From Roseibacillus sp. (lineage in GTDB: Bacteria > Verrucomicrobiota > Verrucomicrobiia > Verrucomicrobiales > Akkermansiaceae): a stretch of DNA of 64,000 bases. The notes under the pieces are model-generated. The model saw only the letters and a program-made list of their open reading frames with translations, was not told the origin of the DNA and made no database searches. Positions 35,790 to 44,557 of the stretch are shown here, piece after piece. Each line of letters begins with the position of its first letter. Within the stretch, counting starts at the first letter, position 1. The stretch lies in the NCBI GenBank assembly GCA_051251855.1, contig JBPOGI010000006.1, forward strand, positions 128,001 to 192,000, written 5' to 3'. The position numbers and the translations under genes are program-made.

Positions 35790-38700
35790 ATGAACGCGCT
35801 TCCCCCCTTGGCCGTAGCGATTTTGCTCCCCCTCTCATTTACTCTCTTTGCATCAATTTCGTTGTCTGCCCAAGATTTACGTATCAACGAGTTCATGGCT
35901 GCGAATGATACGGTCTACCCTGACAATGCGGATTTCGACGATTATTCGGATTGGATTGAGCTTCATAACACGACCGGGACGGCGGTGAGTCTGGATGGCT
36001 ACTATTTGACAGATGATTTAACCGCTCCGACGAAGTGGGCCTTTCCTGCCGGTTCGAGTATCGAGGCGGGTGGCTTCTTGATAGTTCGAGCGGATGGGTT
36101 TGATGCGGGTCCGGGGGAGTCTTTTTCGAGGGGATATCATCCTTTTGGAACCAACTTCACGACACGGAATTATCATGCTTCTTTCAAATTAAGTTCGGAA
36201 GGGGAAGCGGTGGGGCTCTTTCGATCGGAGACTCCGCCCGCGGAGGTCACCTTGATTGAGGAGAATGCGGACTGGAAGTATCTCGATCTGGGAACGGATC
36301 CGGGGGCGAATTGGAATACGGTTTCTTTTGATGATGGCGCGTGGTCTTCGGGGCCGGCCCCTTTGGGTTATGGGGACTCCTTTATTGCCACGACGGTGGA
36401 CTTCGGTCCGGATAGTAGTGAGAAGTTTGCGACGACTCACTTTCGACATCACTTCACGGTGACGGATGCGGCCTCGATCACTCATGTGCAGTTGAGATTG
36501 CAGGTGGATGATAGTGCGGTGGTTTATCTAAACGGCATGGAGGTGGCGCGACCCAACATGCCGACGGAGCCGGTCAGTTATCTTGATTACTCGGGGAAGG
36601 TAGCGCCTAACGAAGATGTTTTGGAAGTGGTGGAATTGAGTGGTTTTCCTCTGGTTGAGGGAGACAACGTGCTTGCGGTGGAGGTGCATCAGGAATCGGG
36701 AACGAGCAGTGATATTGCCCTCGATGCGGAGTTGATTGTGGAGGTGATCACCAGTCCTGCGATTTTGTTAGATTCGGTGACTTATGGGCCGCAGATTTCG
36801 GATGTGTCTTTTGGGCGCGATAGTGGTTCGGCTTGGAAGTCCTTTGGGGAGCCGACTCCGGCGGCGGGGAATACGACTCCGAGTTTGTTGGAGCCTTTTG
36901 CGACTGCTCCGGAGGTGACGGCTTCTGTAGATAGCGGCTTTTATAGTGGGAGTGAAACGGTGACCCTTGCGAGTCCGGGCACGGGGACGATTCACTATAC
37001 ATTGGATGGTTCGAATCCGACTGTGGCATCGCCGGTGTATTCGGCTGGAATCGTGGTGACGGAGACTACCATTTTACGGGCGCGGGTTTTTGAGGCGGGT
37101 TTGATTCCCGGGCCGATTTTGTTGCGCTCCTATTTCTTGGGGGCGGATGCGACGCCGCAGCTTCCGGTGTTTTCCTTTGTGGGGGATCCGGAGACTTTGT
37201 TCGGGGACGATATTGGGATTTATGAGAACGACACTCCCTATGTTTTCAAGGGACGGGAGGTTCCAATTCAGTTGGAGTTCTTTGAGCAGGACCAGTCGTT
37301 GGCCTTTGCGATCAATGCGGGGGCGCGTATCGGGGGAGAGAATATTTGGACCAAGGCGCAGAAGCCATTCAATGTTTATTGTCGGGGAAAGTATGGGGAT
37401 GACTTTGTGCCTTACCAGTTATTCCCCAATGAGGCGGTGGGGATTTTTGGGGAGTTTAGTTTGCGCAATGGCGGCGATGATTGGGAGGAGACCTTGATGC
37501 GTGATGGCATGATGGCGCCGCAGCTGCGGGGGCAAGTGGAGTCCAGTTTGTATTCCTATCGACCGAGTGCGCTTTTCCTCAACGGAGATTTTTGGGGCAT
37601 TTACAATATTCGCAAGCGTCTCGATGAGGTGAGCTTTGCACAGGAGCAGTATCTGAGTGAGGCGGACTATGATGTCGTGCAATGGGGAAACAACGAGAAC
37701 GGGGACACGGTATTGCAGGCGGAGACGGGGACGACGGAGCGGTATCTGGAGTTGCTCGATTTCTTAGCAGCCAATGATGAATCGGACCCAGTGGTTTACG
37801 CGCAAATCGAGGAGTTGGTGAATGTGGATTCCTTTATCGATTATGTGGTGGCGACGGACTTCGCGGTAAATACGAGTTGGTCACACAATCGGGAGTTTTG
37901 GTCCGGTAAGACGCCAGGGTCGAAGTGGCAGTGGATCATCAATGACTTTGACCGCGGTTTTTCTGTGGAAAATGTCGGAGGTTCGCTCATCGATAATTTT
38001 CGTGACGATTACACGTTCTTTCGGGCATTGGATAATAATGACCTCTTTGTGGACCGGCTGATTCAGCGTTATGCCGCTCATGTGGGGAGCACGTTCTTTT
38101 CACAGCGTTTCGATGATGTGTTAGAGGGTTTGGTCGCGGAGCAGGAGGGTGAAATTGCGCGGCATATTGCGCGGTGGAGTGCGGAGGGAGGCATCTCTAG
38201 CGCGACGAAGCGTTTGGATGAGATCGCCCAGATTAAGCAGTTTGTAGTGGACCGTCCGGCGAATGCGTTGAGTCGCTTGCAGTTGGAGTTGGGCATCAGT
38301 CGGGCGAGTGCGGATTTGACTTTGACGGCATCGCCAGCGGCGGGAGGCTCGATTGAGTTGGCGGGCGTTCCGTTGTTCTTGAGCTACAACAATGTTCTTT
38401 CTCTTTTTCAGGATACTCCGGTGGAGGTGACGGCGGTGGCTGCCCCTGGGTTTGCGTTTTCTTCGTGGAGTAATGGTTCCACGGATGCGACCATTGAGGT
38501 GACGCTGACGGGAGCGCTGGCGTTGACGGCGAACTTCCTCAGTGGTGCGGAGACAGTTTTGGGAACGCCTATTGCGATGAATACGACGCTCATTTCGGCA
38601 AACTCGCCTTATGTGATTGAGGGAGATTTGGTGGTTGAGGCGGGAGCGACTCTGACGATTGAGGAAGGAGTGACGGTCTTGATGACCAAGGGGTCTTCGG

Positions 38701-41045
38701 TGAGAGTCTATGGCACTTTGGATGTGAATGGCACGGAGGCGGCTCCGGTTTCCTTTCTTGCGCGCGACGGAGGTTCCTGGGGAAATATTGGGTTTGTAGA
38801 TACCACCACGACTTCGGAGATGAGTCATGTTATCATCCGGAATGCGACGGTGAGTGGGTTTGATCCGTTGAATCTAAAGGGGGCGATTTCGGGATACAAT
38901 GCGACTATCGCGTTAGATCATCTCGATATTGTGGGGCCGTCGCCGGTCTTTGCTCGATTTGGGTCCACCACTTTATTGGAAAGTGAAGTTTTCATCACCT
39001 TTACGGGAGATGGCATTAATGTAAAGTCGGGTGACGGCTGGGTGGAGGGTTGCACCTTTACCGGTAACACTTCGGTGGATACGGACGCTATTGACTTTGA
39101 TGGGGTGACAAATGGGGTGATTCGGGATAATCGGATTTACGCTTTCCGAGGGGATAATAGTGATGGGGTGGATGTGGGCGAAGGCTGCGTGAACCTCCTA
39201 CTGGAGGGGAATCGGATTTACAATAATTCGGATAAGGGCGTTTCGGTAGGGCAAGGTTCGGAAGTCGTGATGCGGCAGAATTTGATTGTGGGTTGCGACT
39301 TGGGGGTGGGGGTGAAGGACGCGGGTTCGACGGTGCTGGTGGACCAGAATACTTTTTCGCGTAATACGATAGGGGTTTGGTCCTATGAGAAGAACCTCGG
39401 TGCTGGCGGGGGTGCGGCGACGGTAACGAATTGCATTTTCTCGGCATCGAAGGATACGGATGTGTTGGTGGACTCGCTTTCTATGTTAAGTGCTTCGTAT
39501 TGTTTGTCCGATACGCTACCGATTGCGGGTTCGAATAATTTTGTGGGTGACCCTCAGTTTACGAATGCAGGGATTTATGATTTTTCGCTCCTGATCACTT
39601 CGCCTGCGATTGATGCGGGTGACCCAACGCATGCTCTGGACCCCGATAGCACGCAGGCGGATATGGGGATGGCCTATATTTATGATCCATTGGATTACCC
39701 GTTCCTGCCGCCGAATTCGATCGTGATTAATGAGCTGCTGAGTAATTCGGCTGGCTTGGGTGATTGGATCGAACTCTACAATAGCAGCACCGAAGCGGTT
39801 GACCTCGGGGGGTGGTATCTGAGCGATAGCGGGACGGACCTACAGAAGTATCGTATTGCTGATGGGACGATTCTTGAGGGCGGGGAGTATGTGGTTTTCA
39901 CGGAGAACCAGCACTTCGGGGAGACGAGTTCGGATATCGGAGTGATTTCGCCGTTTGCGCTGAGTGCCAATGGGGAGACGGCTTATGTTTACAAGCCGGC
40001 GGTGGGGCTCGATCTAGAGTATCTCGAGAGTGAGGACTTTGGAGCGGCTTCCGATGGGGTGACTTTCGGGCGCTACTTTAAGGAGAGTTCGGGCACCTTC
40101 AACTTTGTGGCGATGTCGCTGCCGACCTTTGGAGCGGTGAATGCGTTCCCTGAAGTGGGGCCCATTGTAATGAGCGAAATTATGTATCATCCCGAGTTGA
40201 ATTCGGATGCGGAGTATTTGGAGCTGCTCAATATTTCGAACGATGCAGTCACTCTTTATGATGCGGTGAGTGGAGAGGGGTGGGCCTTTACGAATGGGAT
40301 CACTTACTCTTTTCCGACGAGCTCTCCGGTGACTTTGCAGGCGGGGGGGCGGTTGATTTTGACGCGGAATATTGCGGTCTTCAATAGCACGTATGGCAGC
40401 GGGGTCCCGGTGGGGACTCAGATTTTGCAGTGGACGGCAGGAGGCCTGAGCAATGGAGGAGAGTCGTTGCAGCTCTCCAAGCCTGGTGGGTTGGACGATG
40501 AGTTGGTGCGTCAGTTTATCCGAGTGGACCGCGTCAATTATTTGGATGAATTGCCATGGCCCAGTGTGGCGGATGGTGGTGGGCCATCTTTGGAGCGCAT
40601 CAATGTTTTTGCTTATGGCAATGATTCTGCGAATTGGGCCGCGGAAGTCGCGTCACCTGGCTCGCCGGAAGGATTGGAGAATTTCACGCAGTGGGCGAGC
40701 GACTCATTATTGCCCGCTGGGCTGGATGATCCCTATGACGACGCGGATGGCGATGGCTTGAACAATTTGTTAGAATATGCACTGGGGACGCCGCCGCTGA
40801 ACGTCACGAATCCGGACTATGTTTCTTTAGAAATGTCGGGAACGGGGGCGGTGGTAGACTTTACGATTCCGGTGATTCGGGATGACCTACTTTATGGGAT
40901 CGAGGCATCGACTTCCTTGGAGAGTGAAAGCTGGAGTTATTTGGCGGCGACCTTTGAGGACGATAACGGGAATATGGTATTGCGGGCGGTGGATACCAGT
41001 GGGGGTGTAAAGCTGTTCTTTCGGTTGGTCGTGATGGAGAGGTAG
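35790..41045 (+). CDS. Large secreted lamin-tail/CotH-kinase/beta-helix protein
   Basis: INEFMA...DWIELHN lamin-tail-type domains (three), YTLDGS.P module, CotH-like 'LNG.FWGIYNIR..D.DRGF', beta-helix repeats, DADGDG, and C-terminal LFFRL. Confidence 0.85.
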   Translation: MNALPPLAVAILLPLSFTLFASISLSAQDLRINEFMAANDTVYPDNADFDDYSDWIELHNTTGTAVSLDGYYLTDDLTAPTKWAFPAGSSIEAGGFLIVRADGFDAGPGESFSRGYHPFGTNFTTRNYHASFKLSSEGEAVGLFRSETPPAEVTLIEENADWKYLDLGTDPGANWNTVSFDDGAWSSGPAPLGYGDSFIATTVDFGPDSSEKFATTHFRHHFTVTDAASITHVQLRLQVDDSAVVYLNGMEVARPNMPTEPVSYLDYSGKVAPNEDVLEVVELSGFPLVEGDNVLAVEVHQESGTSSDIALDAELIVEVITSPAILLDSVTYGPQISDVSFGRDSGSAWKSFGEPTPAAGNTTPSLLEPFATAPEVTASVDSGFYSGSETVTLASPGTGTIHYTLDGSNPTVASPVYSAGIVVTETTILRARVFEAGLIPGPILLRSYFLGADATPQLPVFSFVGDPETLFGDDIGIYENDTPYVFKGREVPIQLEFFEQDQSLAFAINAGARIGGENIWTKAQKPFNVYCRGKYGDDFVPYQLFPNEAVGIFGEFSLRNGGDDWEETLMRDGMMAPQLRGQVESSLYSYRPSALFLNGDFWGIYNIRKRLDEVSFAQEQYLSEADYDVVQWGNNENGDTVLQAETGTTERYLELLDFLAANDESDPVVYAQIEELVNVDSFIDYVVATDFAVNTSWSHNREFWSGKTPGSKWQWIINDFDRGFSVENVGGSLIDNFRDDYTFFRALDNNDLFVDRLIQRYAAHVGSTFFSQRFDDVLEGLVAEQEGEIARHIARWSAEGGISSATKRLDEIAQIKQFVVDRPANALSRLQLELGISRASADLTLTASPAAGGSIELAGVPLFLSYNNVLSLFQDTPVEVTAVAAPGFAFSSWSNGSTDATIEVTLTGALALTANFLSGAETVLGTPIAMNTTLISANSPYVIEGDLVVEAGATLTIEEGVTVLMTKGSSVRVYGTLDVNGTEAAPVSFLARDGGSWGNIGFVDTTTTSEMSHVIIRNATVSGFDPLNLKGAISGYNATIALDHLDIVGPSPVFARFGSTTLLESEVFITFTGDGINVKSGDGWVEGCTFTGNTSVDTDAIDFDGVTNGVIRDNRIYAFRGDNSDGVDVGEGCVNLLLEGNRIYNNSDKGVSVGQGSEVVMRQNLIVGCDLGVGVKDAGSTVLVDQNTFSRNTIGVWSYEKNLGAGGGAATVTNCIFSASKDTDVLVDSLSMLSASYCLSDTLPIAGSNNFVGDPQFTNAGIYDFSLLITSPAIDAGDPTHALDPDSTQADMGMAYIYDPLDYPFLPPNSIVINELLSNSAGLGDWIELYNSSTEAVDLGGWYLSDSGTDLQKYRIADGTILEGGEYVVFTENQHFGETSSDIGVISPFALSANGETAYVYKPAVGLDLEYLESEDFGAASDGVTFGRYFKESSGTFNFVAMSLPTFGAVNAFPEVGPIVMSEIMYHPELNSDAEYLELLNISNDAVTLYDAVSGEGWAFTNGITYSFPTSSPVTLQAGGRLILTRNIAVFNSTYGSGVPVGTQILQWTAGGLSNGGESLQLSKPGGLDDELVRQFIRVDRVNYLDELPWPSVADGGGPSLERINVFAYGNDSANWAAEVASPGSPEGLENFTQWASDSLLPAGLDDPYDDADGDGLNNLLEYALGTPPLNVTNPDYVSLEMSGTGAVVDFTIPVIRDDLLYGIEASTSLESESWSYLAATFEDDNGNMVLRAVDTSGGVKLFFRLVVMER

Positions 41046-41057
41046 AGAAGGTTTCCT

Positions 41058-41930
41058 TTACTCGATGTTCTGAACCTGTTCGCGGATTTTTTCGAGCTCG
41101 GTTTTTGCTGCCACGATGTGGTGAGCGATTTCGGAGTTGTTGGCTTTGGAGCCAATAGTATTGAATTCGCGGTTGAGCTCTTGGCAGAGAAAGTCGAGAG
41201 GGCGGCCGACGGGTTCGGTGGCGGTGAGGAGTTCGCTAAATTTTTGGAAGTGGGCGGCGAGGCGGGTGAGCTCTTCGGAGATATCGCAGCGGTCGCAGAA
41301 GAGGGCGATTTCTTTGAGAACACGCTCGTCGGAGGGGTCGATGTCGAGACCGGCGTCTTTGAGTCGTTGGGTGAGGAGTTCTCGCTGACGGATGGGAACG
41401 GAGGGGGCGATTTGCGTGATGGTTTCGGTGAGGGCTTGGAGAGTGACGAGGCGTTGGGCGAGGTCGGTCTTGAGGGCTTGGCCTTCTTCACCGCGTGCGA
41501 TGGAAAGGGCTTCGAGGGCTTTGGTGAGGGCGGGTTCGAGGGCGGGGAGGACTTGTTCGAGGTCGTAACCTTTTTCGATGAGGAATTGATCGGATTGGCG
41601 GAGGAGGTCTTGGGCGGTGAGGTCGAAGGATTGTCCAAGGTCTTGGGAGAGTTGGTCGAAAGCGGTTTTGAGCGCTTGGGCCTTGGGGGTGTCGATTTCT
41701 AAGGAAGAGACGCTGGCGTCGAGGGCGGTAAGCTTGATGGCGAGATTGACGCGCCCACGGGAGAAGCGGGCGAGGGCTTTCTTGCGAAGAACGGGTTCGA
41801 GTTCGGCGAGGCCGCGGGGCATGCTGAAGGAGACTTCGGCTTGCTTACGATTGACGGAAGAGGCTTCTACCTCGGCGTGGAAGGTGGCGGTGGTGGCTTC
41901 GCCTCGGCCAAAGCCGGTCATGGATTGCAT
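41058..41930 (-). CDS. yicC: YicC/YloC family endoribonuclease
   Basis: MQSMTGFGR, SVNRK, DISEELTRL..H, GRPLDFLCQELNREFNTIGSK, EKIREQVQNIE. Confidence 0.95.
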   Translation of the reverse strand: MQSMTGFGRGEATTATFHAEVEASSVNRKQAEVSFSMPRGLAELEPVLRKKALARFSRGRVNLAIKLTALDASVSSLEIDTPKAQALKTAFDQLSQDLGQSFDLTAQDLLRQSDQFLIEKGYDLEQVLPALEPALTKALEALSIARGEEGQALKTDLAQRLVTLQALTETITQIAPSVPIRQRELLTQRLKDAGLDIDPSDERVLKEIALFCDRCDISEELTRLAAHFQKFSELLTATEPVGRPLDFLCQELNREFNTIGSKANNSEIAHHIVAAKTELEKIREQVQNIE

Positions 41931-42002
41931 GGGGGAGGTTTACGCGATTTTGGGGCGGGGATCGCGTTTCTTTTTTAGGGAAATGGGTGGGTGGTTTTTT
42001 TG

Positions 42003-42110
42003 GACAGAATCAACAGAATTTTGATGGGGCAGTGTGCTATTCGACAGGATTTACAGGATTAAGCAGGATTTTTTTGTCCACGAATCTCGCGAATCTGCAC
42101 GAATTTTTTT
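42003..42110. repeat. Cluster of imperfect 9-mer tandem repeats (ACAGAAT, ACAGGATT, CACGAAT triplets)
   Basis: acagaatca-acagaattt; acaggattt-acaggatta-gcaggattt; cacgaatct-cgcgaatct-gcacgaattt. Confidence 0.7.
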
Positions 42111-42231
42111 GGGCTGAAGAAGGAAGGAGGTTGGGGGAGGGTACCTACGGTTCAGTGCTTTGGTTTTTGAGTTTTTGAACATTTGGTTTTTCAAGGCCTC
42201 TGACGTGTCTTGAGGCGTGAAGTTGTCCGCA

Positions 42232-42262
42232 CAAAAAAGACAGCCCTTGCGGGCTGCCTTTT
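42232..42262 (-). terminator. Intrinsic terminator after trxB
   Basis: aaaaaagacagccc-ttgc-gggctgcctttt. Confidence 0.75.
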
Positions 42263-42286
42263 GAGAGTTGTGATTGAGAAGGGAGT

Positions 42287-43222
42287 TTAGTCCTCCTCGG
42301 AGAGGTAGCGTTCGGCTTCGATGGCGGCTTTGCAACCCTCGCCGGCAGCGGTGATGGCTTGACGATAGAAGTCGTCCATGACGTCACCGGCGGAGAAGAG
42401 GCCGGGGGTCTTGGTGGCGGTGCGCTCGCCGTTGGTCTGGATGTAACCGGCATCGTTGCGGTCGACGAGGTCACCGATGAATTGGCTGTTAGGGACGTGG
42501 CCAATGGCGATGAAGGCTCCGCGGACGTCGAGTTCGCTTTCTTCGTCGGTCTGGAGGTTCTTGATTTTGACGGCGGCGAGCTTGTTGTTTTCGCCAGGGA
42601 CATAGCCGGTGAGGGCGCTGTTCCAGACGGGCTCGATTTTGTCGTGATTGAGAACGCGCTCGGCCATGATTTTGGAGGCGCGCAGTTCGTCGCGACGATG
42701 CACGAGGTAGACTTTGCTGGCGAAGCGGGTGAGGAAGTGCGCTTCCTCGGCTGCGGAATCGCCGCCACCGACGACGACGACGGGCATGTCGCGGTAAAAG
42801 GCTCCATCGCAAGTGGCGCAGGTGGTGACCCCGGCTTTGCCGTAAAGTTCTTGCTCTCCTTCGAGGCCGAGGAGGCGGGGGGAGGCGCCAGTGGCGATGA
42901 TGACGGTCTTGGACTCGATGACTTCGTCGCTGCCTTTGATTTTGGTTTCGAAGTGGCCGGCGTCGGTTTTGACGATGGATTCGGCGACTTTGTATTCGGT
43001 TTTGGCTCCGAACTTCTCAGCCTGCTGCTGCATTTTGTTCATGAGCTCGTAGCCGTCGACCCCGTCAGGGAAGCCGGGGAAGTTTTCAACTTCTGAGGTG
43101 GTGGTGAGGAGTCCGCCGGGCTGCTCGCCTGCGAGGACTCGGGGTTCAAGATTGGCGCGGCTGGTGTAGAGTGCGGCGGTCCATCCGGCTGAGCCGGTTC
43201 CGATGATAAGAACGTTTTCCAT
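42287..43222 (-). CDS. trxB: Thioredoxin-disulfide reductase
   Basis: [45 protein letters not shown]. Confidence 0.97.
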   Translation of the reverse strand: MENVLIIGTGSAGWTAALYTSRANLEPRVLAGEQPGGLLTTTSEVENFPGFPDGVDGYELMNKMQQQAEKFGAKTEYKVAESIVKTDAGHFETKIKGSDEVIESKTVIIATGASPRLLGLEGEQELYGKAGVTTCATCDGAFYRDMPVVVVGGGDSAAEEAHFLTRFASKVYLVHRRDELRASKIMAERVLNHDKIEPVWNSALTGYVPGENNKLAAVKIKNLQTDEESELDVRGAFIAIGHVPNSQFIGDLVDRNDAGYIQTNGERTATKTPGLFSAGDVMDDFYRQAITAAGEGCKAAIEAERYLSEED

Positions 43223-43578
43223 AGATGCTTGTCTGAGGTGTGAGGGGCGACTTTATGCCCGAAAACTTTTTGGCCAAGCGGGAAAGAGGGGATTTTGGGG
43301 TTGGTTGGACGGGATTTTTTCACCGCAGAGCCGCAAAGGACGCAAAGTGGGCGCGGAGCCGGGGTTCTGTGTTTTTGAGATAGGAATTGCGTGAGAAATG
43401 ACGGGGCTTTCTGTTTTTAAACAGAAGGCCGCAAAGAGCGCAAAGGACGGGGTCGTGTTTTTTGAGGAAGAAAAAAGGTAGGGGGACTGTTTTTGGCGGG
43501 GAAGGGTTGGCTGGTTTTGTGGAAAGATTGTTGAATCGGGACTTTTGATTTTTGTGGGAAGAGGTGAGATTAGAAGGA

Positions 43579-44373
43579 GTGAATCGATTGGATACGACTT
43601 TTGAGAAATTGCGGGCTGAGGGAAAGAAGGCTTTTGTGGCCTATGTCGCGGGGGGGGATCCGGGTTTTGAGCAATCGCTTGAGATTATGCGGGAGCTGGC
43701 GAATGTGGGGGCGGATGTGATCGAGCTGGGATTACCGTTTTCGGATCCGTTGGCTGATGGGATTGTAAATCAGATGGCGGCGGCACGTTCGCTGAAGGCG
43801 GGAGGGTCGACGCGGGGGTGTTTGGAGTTGATACGGGAGTTTCGGAAGACGCATGAGACGCCGATTGTGCTCTTTACGTATTTGAATCCGGTTTTCACGT
43901 ATGGGTATGAGCAGTTTCATGCCGATGCAGCGGCTGCGGGGGCGGATGGAATTCTTTTGTTAGACCTTCCGCCAGATGAGGCGGCGCGAAATGCGGATTT
44001 GGCGGGGGAAGTGGGCTTGCAGCATATTCGATTGATTGCTCCGACGACGCCGGATGAGCGAGTGAAGCTGCTGGCGGAGAACTCGCAGGGGTTTATTTAT
44101 GCCCTTTCGCGGACGGGAGTTACCGGTGCACATGGAGCGCCTTCGGAGGGGATTGGTGAGGTGGTTTCGCGAATCAAGGCACATACGGAAACGCCGGTTT
44201 GCGTGGGTTTTGGAATCAATACTCCCGAGCAAGCGGCAATGGTGGCGAGTGTTTCGGATGGAGTTGTTGTGGGCTCAGCGATTGTGAAAATTGTGGAAAA
44301 CAATGCCGATGACCCTAAGGTGGCTGAGAAGGTGGGGGCTTTTGTGAAGACGCTGGTGGATGCGATTCGGTAA
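43579..44373 (+). CDS. trpA: Tryptophan synthase alpha chain
   Basis: IELGLPFSDPLADG, YLNP, LIAPTT, SRTGVTG, VGFGI, GVVVGSA. Confidence 0.97.
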   Translation: MNRLDTTFEKLRAEGKKAFVAYVAGGDPGFEQSLEIMRELANVGADVIELGLPFSDPLADGIVNQMAAARSLKAGGSTRGCLELIREFRKTHETPIVLFTYLNPVFTYGYEQFHADAAAAGADGILLLDLPPDEAARNADLAGEVGLQHIRLIAPTTPDERVKLLAENSQGFIYALSRTGVTGAHGAPSEGIGEVVSRIKAHTETPVCVGFGINTPEQAAMVASVSDGVVVGSAIVKIVENNADDPKVAEKVGAFVKTLVDAIR

Positions 44374-44487
44374 TACCACTCCGAGTTCCAAAAGAGCAGA
44401 ACGTGATTTAGGAGTGTTTTGTTGAGTTAGCACATTTAGGTAGAAGGCTACGGAGGGGGGATTGCCTTTTGCTTTGGGTGGGGTGCC

Positions 44488-44524
44488 TAAAAAAGCCCCC
44501 GCCGGAATTTCCAGCGAGGGCTTA
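44488..44524 (-). terminator. Probable intrinsic terminator
   Basis: aaaaagcccccgccgg-aattt-ccagcgagggctt. Confidence 0.6.
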
Positions 44525-44557
44525 AGGTTGAGGCTAAAGAGGGTTTCCCGCTATCGA

